This document shows positions 31,878 to 40,087 of a DNA stretch of 64,000 bases, in pieces; positions within the stretch are counted from its first letter, which is position 1; the number at the start of each line of letters is the position of its first letter. A model generated the notes under the pieces. The model saw only the letters and a program-made list of their open reading frames with translations. It was not told where the DNA came from and did not search any database. The position numbers and the translations under genes are program-made. The DNA comes from Candidatus Sulfomarinibacteraceae bacterium (GTDB lineage Bacteria > Acidobacteriota > Thermoanaerobaculia > Thermoanaerobaculales > Sulfomarinibacteraceae), in NCBI GenBank assembly GCA_963714895.1, contig CAVQQC010000022.1:94746-158745 (forward strand), given 5' to 3'.

Positions 31878-31905
31878 GGTCGGATTGTCTCATGGGAGCA
31901 GTCGC

Positions 31906-31927
31906 GGAATTCGGAATTCGGAATTCC
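31906..31927. repeat. Tandem heptamer (GGAATTC)3
   Basis: gcggaattcggaattcggaattccatcaca. The same 'ccatcaca' junction occurs at 23490-23497. Confidence 0.8.
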
Positions 31928-31979
31928 ATCACAGATTCCGACCGACAGGAGATGCTCGAGTGCTGAGAGCTGGGCGAAA

Positions 31980-32095
31980 CCGCGTGCGGCGGAGGTGCCA
32001 TTCTCAATATTGTCGGACTCTCGATTACCCACTTCGGCAGGGTGATGCGGGCCGACAATGTTGAGGTGGCTCCTCGCGGGAAGCGAGCCCGAAAG
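31980..32095 (+). other. Conserved structured element, copy B (candidate ncRNA or mosaic repeat), about 270 nt upstream of intI
   Basis: Helix 31997-32016/32052-32070 and internal hairpin ATTACCC-acttcggca-GGGTGAT. Sequence and structure are related to 23551-23668. Confidence 0.5.
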
Positions 32096-32321
32096 ACGGT
32101 GATTCAGAATCCTATCCGTTCCCCGAACCTCGGCGCTGGGTGTATCATTGAAAAGAAGGCTCTCGAACACCAACCGACTGAGACGAGGCGTGGTCTCAAA
32201 ATCAAATCGCACTTCTGCACGCCAGGAGAGCCTAAGACATTATGGCTCAACAGGTTGCATGAGCAATCATAGTGCGGAAGCTACGTTCACCCGATCAACA
32301 CCCCGCTCCGAATCGAGATTC

Positions 32322-32350
32322 TTGACAACTCCAGAATCCTGTTTTATGCT
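32322..32350 (+). promoter_or_regulatory. Putative intI promoter
   Basis: TTGACA (32322-32327), 17 nt, TATGCT (32345-32350). The ATG at 32365 would leave a very short leader. Confidence 0.45.
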
Positions 32351-32364
32351 CCATTTACACCATC

Positions 32365-33376
32365 ATGGGAAACGTTCAACAGTTCCCCGTCGCCGCCTCC
32401 CGGCGCCCCCGGCGCCTCATGGACCGGGTCATTTCCGAGATCCGGGTCCGCCACTACTCGATCCGGACCGAAGAGGCCTACACCGCCTGGATCCGGCGCT
32501 ACATCCGGTTTCACCGCAGCCACCCGCGCGATCTCGACGGCGACGACCTCAACCGCTTTCTGACCCACCTCGCCGAACACGACCGGGTCGCGGTCTCGAC
32601 CCAGCGCCAGGCCATGTCCGCCATCCTCTTCCTCTACCGCCACGTGCTCAAGACCAACTTCGAGTGGCTCGACGACGTGGTGCGCGCCCGCCAACCGCGC
32701 CGCCTGCCCAACGTCCTCAGCCGCGAAGAAGTGGCGGCCGTGCTCTCCCGTCTCGAGGGCATCCCACAGCTCGTGGTGCTGCTGCTCTACGGCACCGGCA
32801 TGCGGATCCTCGAGTGCCTGCGGCTTCGCGTCCAGGACATCGACTTCGATCTCGGCCACATCACCATCCGCCGACCCAAGGGCGGCCGCGACCGGGTGAC
32901 CATGCTTCCGGAATCCACCCGCGACCGCCTGCAGCGACCACCTGATCAACGGTCCGCACTCTCCACGAACAGGACCTCGCGGAAGGCTTCGGCAACGTCT
33001 ACCTGCCGGACGCCCTCGCCCGCAAGTATCCCCACGCCGACCGCGACTGGAAATGGCAGTACGTCTTCCCGGCCGCCAGCCGCGGCATCGATCCGCGCAC
33101 CGGCATCGATCGCCGCCACCACCTCCACGAGTCGGTCATCCGAAAGGCCGTCTACGCCGCGGCTCGCGCTGCAGCCATTCCGAAGAAGGTCAGCTGCCAC
33201 ACCTTTCGCCACAGCTTCGCGACCCACCTCCTGATGGCCGGCCACGACATCCGCACCATCCAGGAACTGCTCGGCCACAAAGACGTCAAGACCACCATGA
33301 TCTACACCCACATCCTCGGCAACTCGGCGGGCGCGGCGTCACCAGCCCGGCCGACACCCTCGGGACGGCAGCGTGA
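32365..33376 (+). pseudogene. intI: Integron integrase IntI (three single-base indels as assembled; probably intact in reality)
   Basis: RVRHYSIRTEEAYTAWIRRYIRFH; box I GTGMRILECLRLRVQDID; IntI-specific insert [23 protein letters not shown]; box [15 protein letters not shown]; catalytic Tyr in [13 protein letters not shown]; C-terminal [10 protein letters not shown]. Frame changes at about 32937, 32952 and 33325-33330. Confidence 0.85.
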
Positions 33377-33377
33377 G

Positions 33378-33404
33378 CACGCTAACATCCGTCGTGTTAG
33401 CGTG
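33378..33404 (+). other. 9-bp perfect inverted repeat CACGCTAAC-N9-GTTAGCGTG (attI/attC-like core; candidate recombination site)
   Basis: Contains AAC...GTT cores right after the corrected intI stop (33374-33376). Confidence 0.3.
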
Positions 33405-33465
33405 CGATCCAAGCACGATAACACGACCATCGGTTGTTGAAAAAGAACTGATCTGAAATCAATTA

Positions 33466-33494
33466 TTGACTTGAGATCAATTGCGATATAGATT
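33466..33494 (+). promoter_or_regulatory. Putative outward promoter downstream of intI (Pc-like, or the TA-pair promoter)
   Basis: TTGACT (33466-33471), 17 nt, TAGATT (33489-33494). 12 nt upstream of the ATG at 33506. Confidence 0.45.
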
Positions 33495-33505
33495 GGAAAC
33501 TGGCC

Positions 33506-33820
33506 ATGGTGGGCAGGCCGGACATCACGGAGCAGTTGCCTGGCGGCCAGGCGTTGCGTCTCGCGAAGACGGTCATTCGCGATGGGTCGACGGTCTTCAC
33601 CCGGCACGCGCGCGACGAGATGGAGAATGACGATCTTCTGGAAACAGACGTGGTCAACGCCATCAGCGGGGGAGTGATCAGCGAGCCGGGAGAGCTAGGG
33701 CACAGGGGCGACTGGTGCTATCGAGTCAGGACCGGCAGGGTGACCGTGGTGATCATGTTCCGAAGTGTCGGGGAGATGGTGGTTGTGACGGCATGGCGAG
33801 AGCGGCGGAGAGGACGATGA
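33506..33820 (+). CDS. DUF4258-like small protein (putative toxin)
   Basis: 104 aa, FTRHARDEMENDDLLETDVVNAI...VTVVIMFRSVGEMVVVTAW. ATGA overlap with the downstream antitoxin-like gene. Confidence 0.6.
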   Translation: MVGRPDITEQLPGGQALRLAKTVIRDGSTVFTRHARDEMENDDLLETDVVNAISGGVISEPGELGHRGDWCYRVRTGRVTVVIMFRSVGEMVVVTAWRERRRGR

Positions 33821-34317
33821 AAGAAAAGGTCTCGTGTCTGGAGTGTGGCGCCTTCATGGAGATCACGTTGGGCCCATATCGTTACGGCCGAGGGCTCGAC
33901 GTAGTGGTCCACGACGTCGAGACCAGGCGTTGCCCGGAGTGCGGCCACGACGAGGTGGTGATCCCAAGAATCGAGGAGCTCCACAGGACCATCGCGCGCG
34001 CGATCTCTCAGAGACCGGCCCGCCTCGAGCCCAATGAGATCCGTTTTCTGAGAACCTACCTGGGGTACTCGAGCATGGATTTCGCCGCGTTGCTGGGGGT
34101 GACGCCGGAAACCGTGTCGCGATGGGAACGGACGTCGAAGCCGCAGAAGATGGGGAAAGTGGCTGAACGCCTGCTCCGGATGCTGGCCCAGTACGGGGAA
34201 CCCGATCGGATCTACGACCTCGAGGCCGTGCTGCTGACTGACGGTAACGCTCGCGGAACGGGCCCGGTCATGATCGCCCAATCGAGCGGATCGTGGAAGG
34301 TCGCCGAGGCATGTTGA
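33817..34317 (+). CDS. MqsA/YgiT-type antitoxin-like protein (zinc ribbon + XRE HTH)
   Basis: CLECG...CPECG zinc ribbon followed by the HTH IRFLRTYLGYSSMDFAALLGVTPETVSRWE. Confidence 0.7.
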   Translation: MKEKVSCLECGAFMEITLGPYRYGRGLDVVVHDVETRRCPECGHDEVVIPRIEELHRTIARAISQRPARLEPNEIRFLRTYLGYSSMDFAALLGVTPETVSRWERTSKPQKMGKVAERLLRMLAQYGEPDRIYDLEAVLLTDGNARGTGPVMIAQSSGSWKVAEAC

Positions 34318-34393
34318 GTCGCGCTACCCGTCCTGTTCGCAACGGAATGTTATTTCGTCGAATCCGTACGTCTCGTTCCCTAGCTTTAGTATC

Positions 34394-34410
34394 GCTAATA
34401 TGAGTTAGGC
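34394..34410 (+). other. Candidate attI simple site (GCTAA-N5-GTTAGGC)
   Basis: gctaatatgaGTTAGGC. The layout resembles the L-box/R-box arrangement of known attI sites, and the R box is identical to the array's attC R' core. Confidence 0.35.
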
Positions 34411-34440
34411 AATAGTACTTTCCGCGCACATAGAGTCTTT

Positions 34441-34641
34441 ATGGAAGATCTGCGGCACCGAATCAAAGAAGTGGCGAAAAGGGCTGAAGCGGCCGGGAGG
34501 ACGAATTTCTCATGGCGCAATCTCCTGGTTGAGCTATTGCAAATAACCGAAACGCTCCAATCGAGGGTTAAACCTCCGTCTGGCGAAATGGGACGATCGC
34601 TGGGTTCGCCCATCAATTGCGAAGATCAGCACGATGTGTAA
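34441..34641 (+). CDS. Hypothetical protein (first cassette-like unit)
   Basis: 66-aa ORF only; no recognisable motifs. The rest of 34635-34960 holds only short or broken ORFs. Confidence 0.3.
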   Translation: MEDLRHRIKEVAKRAEAAGRTNFSWRNLLVELLQITETLQSRVKPPSGEMGRSLGSPINCEDQHDV

Positions 34642-34968
34642 CCCGAAGTTGGCGCGTATACTCCGTGCTGAGGCAACGGCACAGAGCAAGCCTCCCAGCC
34701 GGCTCGTCGCCGACATTGTGAAGCAATTCGTGTCAAATCCCCAGCAGAGGAGACTGACACGTGGTGGAATGCGCCGACCAAAGTTGTCCGCGCCCTAATG
34801 GGACGCGAAACGTTGACTGCCGCCGTCGATCCGCCCATTAAGGAGATGTTTGAATCCATGATTCCTCGTGTAAAGGGCGTCTTGCAAACAAAAGTCAGCT
34901 TCTCGCTTGGGTCATCTGGAATCATCTAGGCCGCCCCACAGACCGAAGTTGACAATGACAAATGATCT

Positions 34969-35035
34969 GCCTAACACCTCATTCCAGCGGACCCTCACCG
35001 CCGCGGTTCGGTCCGCTGAATTGGGGCCGTTAGGC
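34969..35035 (+). other. attC site (family 1)
   Basis: GCCTAAC acctcattccagcggacc...ggtccgctgaattggggcc GTTAGGC. Confidence 0.85.
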
Positions 35036-35130
35036 TCTGAAAAACATGAGCGATTGCAAACCCCGAATCGCAACTGACCTGGACTGATCTCATTATCGAA
35101 GATGTCAAACCGGAAGACGCCGGTCGCTGG

Positions 35131-35506
35131 TTGGCAGAATGGGACTGGCTCGTGTCTGGACGATTGGCTCGGTGTTTGATCACGATGTTCGGAGACTGGT
35201 TCCTGCCAGAAGCCCGACGGATCTACGCAGATGCTCGATGTCCTGGAAGGCACGGTGAAGACTGTCGCCAATACTCCTGGAGAGTTCCGGTTGTTGGTCA
35301 ACGATCAGACCTGGCAAGAAGAAAATCTGCTCTCACCGCTCGTACTCAGACTCCACGAGGGCGGGATGATTCTCGGTAAACACCAATGCTATGCGGTGGC
35401 ACCGCATCCGCTCTTGGTCGGGAAGACTGAGCCGGAATTCATCATGGTCATGGATCTCTCCGTGTGGCAATCAATCTGTTCTCAGACGTTTTATCGGAAG
35501 GCCTAG
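35131..35506 (+). pseudogene. DUF1851/Tdi1-like cassette protein, frame-disrupted as assembled
   Basis: GDWFLPEARRIYADA in one frame joins MLDVLEGTVKTVANTPGEF...QCYAVAPHPLLVGKTEPEFIMVMDLSVWQSICSQ in the next (about 35225). The N-terminus is also broken. Confidence 0.4.
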
Positions 35507-35529
35507 ATTCGGTATGAGTTGCGATATGC

Positions 35530-35598
35530 GCCTAACACCTCATTCCAGCGGACCCCCACCCGCGGCGGGTGGTGTCCGCTGAATTCGGACCGTTAGGC
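35530..35598 (+). other. attC site (family 1)
   Basis: GCCTAAC...cccacccgcggcgggtgg...GTTAGGC, 69 bp. Confidence 0.88.
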
Positions 35599-35619
35599 CA
35601 TCGCTGGGAGGACAACGTC

Positions 35620-35940
35620 GTGATTTGGACACTCTCGAGAGACAGCGCTCCGCTCGAGGCACCGTTAGTTCGGCACTGTGATCATTGCGGTGGCGATGAA
35701 CTCTCGCAGGACTACTTGTGGTACAGCTTTGTTTCGGTCTACGGACTCTTCCCGTTTATTAAATCGAAATCACTTGTTCGAGTTTGTGCCAGGTGCGGCA
35801 CGGAACACGACCTCGGCCCGGAAGCAGTTCCCAACCATGCAAGTCGCGAGATTCCGTTTTTTCGGCGGTTTGGGTGTTTGCTCTTGGTCGGCTTTCTTGT
35901 GGTCTTTGCAGGGGTTTCATTTGTTATCAACAACCCGTAG
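35620..35940 (+). CDS. Hypothetical cassette protein: zinc-ribbon-like CxxC pairs plus a C-terminal TM helix
   Basis: HCDHCGG...CARCG, then FGCLLLVGFLVVFAGVSFVI. GTG start just after the attC. Confidence 0.5.
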   Translation: MIWTLSRDSAPLEAPLVRHCDHCGGDELSQDYLWYSFVSVYGLFPFIKSKSLVRVCARCGTEHDLGPEAVPNHASREIPFFRRFGCLLLVGFLVVFAGVSFVINNP

Positions 35941-35950
35941 GATTCTGCGT

Positions 35951-36019
35951 GCCTAACACCTCATTCCAGCGGACCCCCACCCGCGGCGGGTGGTGTCCGC
36001 TGAATTCGGACCGTTAGGC
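35951..36019 (+). other. attC site (family 1)
   Basis: GCCTAAC...GTTAGGC, 69 bp. Confidence 0.88.
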
Positions 36020-36151
36020 CGGTCAGGTAGGTAAGGTGAGTAGCAGGAACATCACACACCGTTGGGGCAAGTGCAGTGCCAAACCGGAGGCGCGGTTTCG
36101 GACACCGTCAGTGGAACGCGCTTCCGACGTGAACGCGGAAATATTGTCCGC
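36020..36151 (+). other. ORF-less 132-bp cassette
   Basis: Bounded by two canonical attC sites. The only ORF (36036-36218) runs into the attC. Contains the hairpin AAACCG-gaggcg-CGGTTT. Confidence 0.6.
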
Positions 36152-36220
36152 GCCTAACACCTCATTCCAGCGGACCCCCACCCGCGGCGGGTGTGGTCCG
36201 CTGAATTCGGACCGTTAGGC
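36152..36220 (+). other. attC site (family 1)
   Basis: GCCTAAC...GTTAGGC, 69 bp. Confidence 0.88.
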
Positions 36221-36236
36221 CAGCAGGAAACGAGAC

Positions 36237-36914
36237 ATGGGCACAAGCGTAGACATCGTAGCCTTTGCAGATACCGGCGAGCCTCTTGATGTTTGGGCCC
36301 ATCGGTTGGTCGCAATCTCGACCGCCGCCGAACCGTCTGGTGATGTTGTCGTTCATCTCACCCGAACACCGGCTGGTTCTCATCGCTTCCTTTGGATCGG
36401 GATCTCGGATGACCGCGGTATTAACGCTGGGCTCTACGAGGAAGCTGCCCGGATCGCGAGCGAGTATTCCGAGAATCCCGTGATCGCCGCCTGGTACTCG
36501 GATTCAGCAGGGATGGCTGGATACAAGGTCTTTGAACAGGGCAGGTGTTCGTCTTCAAATGATACTGAGTTGTCCCCGGAAATCGACATCGTCAACCTAT
36601 TCTGCAGACCCTTTGGCGAAGCCTATCCCGGGTCAGAGATTGGCTGTCCTGACGATGTCTTTGACTTATGCTACGGCGAGAACGCAACCGAGGAATCCTA
36701 TGTAATTGGGTCATCCGGGACGCCGCTAGAATCTCCGCAATCTTGGCTTCCACCTCCGCCCGAACCGCAGGGCTGGCGAATCCCACATGAGTTTCGGTGG
36801 GGCAGAAAACCCCGTTCGTTCCTCAAGGGCTTGGCAGTAGTCTTTGGGCTTCTGTCCACAGGTTTGATTCTATTCACCGTCGGTTGGTTCTTGTATGAGA
36901 CAGTATTGAAATAG
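36237..36914 (+). CDS. Hypothetical cassette protein with a C-terminal TM anchor
   Basis: 225-aa ORF filling the cassette. C-terminal LAVVFGLLSTGLILFTVGWFLY. No recognisable family. Confidence 0.55.
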   Translation: MGTSVDIVAFADTGEPLDVWAHRLVAISTAAEPSGDVVVHLTRTPAGSHRFLWIGISDDRGINAGLYEEAARIASEYSENPVIAAWYSDSAGMAGYKVFEQGRCSSSNDTELSPEIDIVNLFCRPFGEAYPGSEIGCPDDVFDLCYGENATEESYVIGSSGTPLESPQSWLPPPPEPQGWRIPHEFRWGRKPRSFLKGLAVVFGLLSTGLILFTVGWFLYETVLK

Positions 36915-36923
36915 GCATGCGAT

Positions 36924-36998
36924 GCCTAACACCTCATTCCAGCGGACCCGAGTCCGCGGCGGCCGCGGCCTCGGTCCGCTGAATTCGGACCGTTAGGT
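36924..36998 (+). other. attC site (family 1 variant, 75 bp)
   Basis: GCCTAAC...GTTAGGT. Confidence 0.85.
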
Positions 36999-37010
36999 AG
37001 AATTCCCTAA

Positions 37011-37463
37011 ATGAAAAGAACTGACCCTGTTTTGCGCCGCTATCTCGCCGTTGGACCCTTGTATCTGCCGATCGCCACAATCGTTGTTCATATCATCGGC
37101 AGCATGGTTTTGGACGTGGCAACTGGCGGGTTCGGCGGTATTCTAGCCGCCCCGATTCTGGCGATTTTCGGTTTGGTTGTTCTGCCCGTCGAACTCCTTG
37201 CTGTCACTCTGCAGTGGTACCTTTACTATGCGCTGTCCTTTTCGAAACGAGCATTCCGGATGCTGTTTGTCGTTTCGGCCGTTCTCGTGCCGGCTCTGGT
37301 TGCGATCCTGGGACCAAAGGAAGAAAATTCTGAAGTCCAATGGGCAGTTGGCTTCGGGATAGGTGCGGCGGTGGCCGGAATTTCGACACTCCTGGCGCTT
37401 CGGTGGATCGTTAGAGCTATTTCGAAAAGCCTCGAAAGGGGAATTCCGGCGACATCAGAATAA
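37011..37463 (+). CDS. Hypothetical integral membrane cassette protein
   Basis: 150 aa with about 4 TM helices. No recognisable family. Confidence 0.55.
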   Translation: MKRTDPVLRRYLAVGPLYLPIATIVVHIIGSMVLDVATGGFGGILAAPILAIFGLVVLPVELLAVTLQWYLYYALSFSKRAFRMLFVVSAVLVPALVAILGPKEENSEVQWAVGFGIGAAVAGISTLLALRWIVRAISKSLERGIPATSE

Positions 37464-37483
37464 TTGGGGAGCAAAATACGTAC

Positions 37484-37553
37484 ACCTAACACCTCATTCC
37501 AGCGGACCCTCACCCGCGGCGGGTGGCGGTCCGCTGAATTCGGACCGTTACGT
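37484..37553 (+). other. attC site (family 1, degenerate R' GTTACGT)
   Basis: ACCTAAC acctcattccagcggaccc...GTTACGT. Confidence 0.8.
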
Positions 37554-37572
37554 CGTCAATCGAAGTACATGG

Positions 37573-37601
37573 TTGCACGGTTACCGTGAAAGCATTATAT
37601 T
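37573..37601 (+). promoter_or_regulatory. Putative cassette-borne promoter (higBA-1)
   Basis: TTGCAC, 17 nt, TATATT. Confidence 0.4.
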
Positions 37602-37621
37602 GAAACGAGAGGTGGCAGGCC

Positions 37622-37915
37622 GTGATCGTCTCGTTCGGTGACAAGGCAACCGAGGCCGTTTTTGACGGAACCCCTGTTCGATTGCTGAAGAGGTTTCCGG
37701 CCGATGTTCTGAAGAGAGCGATTCAAAAACTCGACTACCTCAACGGTATTTCTGAGCTCGCTGATCTTGAAGCCCCTCCGGGGAATCGACTCGAAGCGCT
37801 CAAGGGCGACCTGAAGGGTATGCATAGCATTCGAGTAAACGACCAATGGAGAATCGTATTTCGTTGGCATGGCTCTGATGCTCGTGAGGTCAGACTCGTG
37901 GACTACCACCGGTAA
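37622..37915 (+). CDS. higB: HigB-type toxin (RelE superfamily, plasmid maintenance killer protein)
   Basis: LEAPPGNRLEALKGDLKGMHSIRVNDQWRIVFRW...VRLVDYH. Confidence 0.8.
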   Translation: MIVSFGDKATEAVFDGTPVRLLKRFPADVLKRAIQKLDYLNGISELADLEAPPGNRLEALKGDLKGMHSIRVNDQWRIVFRWHGSDAREVRLVDYHR

Positions 37916-37928
37916 AGGAGAGAATCCG

Positions 37929-38216
37929 ATGATCCCCAAGAACCGTGTTCCGACGCATCCGGGAGAGATTCTCCTTGAGGAGTTCTTGATTCCCATGGGT
38001 CTTTCCCAAGTCAAATTCGCCGCACATATCGGTGTTCCGGTACAGCGGGTCAATGAAATCGTCCGTGGCAAGCGTGGCATCACGCCTGAGACTGCCTGGT
38101 TGTTCGCCCAGGCATTTGGCACCACTCCGCAGCTTTGGGTCAACCTGCAGACAAACTATGATCTCGCACAGAGCAAACCTGATCGAAAGGTGCGGCAACT
38201 CAGAAAGGCTGGATAG
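37929..38216 (+). CDS. higA: HigA antitoxin (XRE HTH)
   Basis: THPGEILLEEFLIPMGLSQVKFAAHIGVPVQRVNEIVRGKRGITPETAWLFAQAFGTTPQLWVNLQ. Confidence 0.85.
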   Translation: MIPKNRVPTHPGEILLEEFLIPMGLSQVKFAAHIGVPVQRVNEIVRGKRGITPETAWLFAQAFGTTPQLWVNLQTNYDLAQSKPDRKVRQLRKAG

Positions 38217-38224
38217 TACGTGAT

Positions 38225-38293
38225 ACCTAACACCTCATTCCAGCGGACCCTCACCCGCGTTGGGTGCGGTCCGCTGAATTCGGACCGCTAGGC
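38225..38293 (+). other. attC site (family 1, degenerate R' GCTAGGC)
   Basis: ACCTAAC...GCTAGGC. Confidence 0.8.
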
Positions 38294-38303
38294 GTTTAAC
38301 GCC

Positions 38304-38332
38304 TTGACATCAAAGCGTCATGACGCTATAAC
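38304..38332 (+). promoter_or_regulatory. Putative cassette-borne promoter with palindromic operator
   Basis: TTGACA, 17 nt, TATAAC. The spacer contains the perfect palindrome GCGTCATGACGC. Confidence 0.5.
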
Positions 38333-38338
38333 GTTTTT

Positions 38339-38569
38339 ATGAGTGATCCCAAACGTACGACGGTCTATTTTGACCCTGAAATCCACCAGGCGCTGCGGCT
38401 GAAATCGGCAGTCTCTGAACGGTCCATATCTGAAATGGTCAACGACGCCGTCCGTAGCTCGTTGGCAGAGGACGCCGAGGATCTTGCGGCCTTCGATGAC
38501 AGGGCGGATGAACCTGCAGTCGACTTCGAGGATTTTGTAAAGAAGATGAAACGCAGTGGCAAGCTTTAA
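38339..38569 (+). CDS. Ribbon-helix-helix (CopG-like) antitoxin
   Basis: KRTTVYFDPEIHQALRLKSAVSERSISEMVNDAV. Overlaps the toxin gene start. Confidence 0.7.
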   Translation: MSDPKRTTVYFDPEIHQALRLKSAVSERSISEMVNDAVRSSLAEDAEDLAAFDDRADEPAVDFEDFVKKMKRSGKL

Positions 38570-38828
38570 GCTGGTCATCAAGCGTTCTGCGGCAAAAGAG
38601 ATCGAATCGATCGGTCAAAAGAAAACGCGTCAACGCATAGTTGAGAGAATCCGAGGGCTTGCCGACGATCCGCGACCCCGTGGTTGCGAAAAGCTCTCGG
38701 GGAAGCATTCGCGCTATAGAATCCGTCAAGGATCTTTCAGGATTCTCTACGAAATCAAGGATGCCGAACTTATCGTTTTCGTCGTCAGGGTGGCGGATCG
38801 TCGTGAAGTGTATAGAGACCTCACCTAA
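38556..38828 (+). CDS. relE: RelE/ParE family toxin
   Basis: KLSGKHSRYRIRQGSFRILYEIKDAELIVFVVRVADRREVY. The stop is the TAA inside the attC R''. Confidence 0.8.
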   Translation: MASFKLVIKRSAAKEIESIGQKKTRQRIVERIRGLADDPRPRGCEKLSGKHSRYRIRQGSFRILYEIKDAELIVFVVRVADRREVYRDLT

Positions 38829-38891
38829 CACCTCGTTCCTGCGGACCCTCACCCGCGGCGGGTTCGGTCCGCTGAACTCGGACCGTTAGGC
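38823..38891 (+). other. attC site (family 1)
   Basis: ACCTAAC...GTTAGGC. Confidence 0.85.
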
Positions 38892-38893
38892 CC

Positions 38894-38922
38894 TTGACTC
38901 CGTGGTGCGATACATGTACATT
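38894..38922 (+). promoter_or_regulatory. Putative cassette-borne promoter with operator
   Basis: TTGACT, 17 nt, TACATT. Overlaps the 9-bp inverted repeat ACATGTACA-N7-TGTACATGT. Confidence 0.5.
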
Positions 38923-38952
38923 AATCCTGTACATGTGAGACGGGAGGCAGAT

Positions 38953-39243
38953 ATGCCGACAGTGACAACCTACACAAACGCCAGAGCCACTCTCGCAGCG
39001 CTTTGTGAGAAAGTGTCATCGACTCGGGAGCCGGTGATCATTCGGCGCCGCAACGCGGAGGATGTCGCACTGGTTTCTGCGGACGAGCTTGAGAGTATTT
39101 TGGAAACCGCCCATCTGATGCGTTCCCCGAAGAACGCGGAGCGGCTCTTAGCTGCTCTCACGCGAGCGCAAGCCAGTGAGCTGCCTCCGTCATCGATCGA
39201 GGAACTTCGAAAAGAGCTCGGACTTGGCCAAGAAACGAAGTAG
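38953..39243 (+). CDS. yefM: Phd/YefM family antitoxin
   Basis: TYTNARATLAALCEKVSSTREPVIIRRRNAEDVALVSADELESILETAHLMRSPKNAERL. Confidence 0.8.
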   Translation: MPTVTTYTNARATLAALCEKVSSTREPVIIRRRNAEDVALVSADELESILETAHLMRSPKNAERLLAALTRAQASELPPSSIEELRKELGLGQETK

Positions 39244-39259
39244 GGGCGACAAGACAACG

Positions 39260-39526
39260 GTGACTCGCGAATGGGTAGCTGTATTTCAGCCCGAATTCGT
39301 GGAGGACCTCAAGTTCTGGGTGAAAACGAATCGAAAGGTGGCTCTTCGCGCACTCGACCTCGTTCAAGCTGTTTTGCGCGACCCGTTTGCAGGCATCGGG
39401 AAACCTGAACCGCTCAAGTACCTTCCTAGCGGTTCATGGTCGCGCCGTCTCACTGAAGAGCACCGAATTGTCTACCTTGTGAGTGACGGTCGGATCGACT
39501 TCCTGCAAGCCCGCTATCACTATTGA
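39260..39526 (+). CDS. yoeB: Txe/YoeB family toxin
   Basis: DPFAGIGKPEPLKYLPSGSWSRRLTEEHRIVYLVSDGRIDFLQARYHY. Start is uncertain (GTG 39260). Confidence 0.8.
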   Translation: MTREWVAVFQPEFVEDLKFWVKTNRKVALRALDLVQAVLRDPFAGIGKPEPLKYLPSGSWSRRLTEEHRIVYLVSDGRIDFLQARYHY

Positions 39527-39533
39527 TGTGCCT

Positions 39534-39602
39534 GCCTAACACCTCATTCCAGCGGACCCCCACCCGCGGCGGGTGGTGTCCGCTGAACTCGGACCGTTGG
39601 CG
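39534..39602 (+). other. attC site (family 1) whose R' reads GTTGGCG because of the downstream insertion
   Basis: GCCTAAC...ggaccG|TTggcg. Confidence 0.8.
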
Positions 39603-39755
39603 CGGCGCTACGCGCCGCCCCAACAGACGGGAGTTAAATGTACGCCCGGTGTCCGGCGCGGCGCCGGCCAACCGTGCGTTCAAGCTGGCGGACGCAGGCT
39701 ACAGTCGCACGCGGCGTGCGCCTGATATCCTGCGCCGCAGCTTAACTCCCGCCCG
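39597..39755 (+). mobile_element. 159-nt ORF-less structured element / micro-cassette, copy 1
   Basis: Starts TTGGCGCGGCGCTACGCGCCGCC, ends TTAACTCCCGCCCG, followed by TTAGC. The long-range stem AACAGACGGGAGTTAA/TTAACTCCCGYCYGTT encloses branched hairpins. Confidence 0.7.
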
Positions 39756-39778
39756 TTAGCTGATCTTCAGATCCGACC

Positions 39779-39807
39779 TTGACAAGGTGTACAAATGTAC
39801 ATACATT
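39779..39807 (+). promoter_or_regulatory. Putative cassette-borne promoter (brnTA)
   Basis: TTGACA, 17 nt, TACATT. The spacer contains TGTACA-AA-TGTACA. Confidence 0.5.
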
Positions 39808-39814
39808 TATTTCA

Positions 39815-40087
39815 GTGACAGTTGAGTGGGATCCCGCCAAGGCTCGTTCCAATCTAGCGAAGCATGGGATTGATTTCGCCGACGCTTCAATCGCTCTTGA
39901 AGACGAATTCGCGCTCACGATCGAAGACAAATCTGCTGGTGGCGAGCAACGATTCCTTACTCTGTGTCGTGATCCAAATAGTCAGGTGATTGTCGTCGTC
40001 CACACGTATCGTGGCGAGACGGTCAGGATTATCTCGGCTCGGAAGGCCACGAACCGCGAACGTCAGACCTACGAGGTGAAAACATGA
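39815..40087 (+). CDS. brnT: BrnT toxin (DUF497)
   Basis: VEWDPAKARSNLAKHGIDFADA...RIISARKATNRERQTY. Confidence 0.8.
   Translation: MTVEWDPAKARSNLAKHGIDFADASIALEDEFALTIEDKSAGGEQRFLTLCRDPNSQVIVVVHTYRGETVRIISARKATNRERQTYEVKT

Noticed and set aside
32300-32364. Possible LexA (SOS) box upstream of intI (cctgttttatgctccat).
   Set aside because: Only the CTGT half matches the CTGT-N8-ACAG consensus. The host's LexA motif is unknown, so no call is made.
34318-34393. Possible attC after the MqsA-like gene (TTCGCAAC ... GTTAGGC).
   Set aside because: I could not find convincing R''/L'' to L'/R' complementarity. The GTTAGGC is better explained as an attI-type simple site (reported as low confidence).
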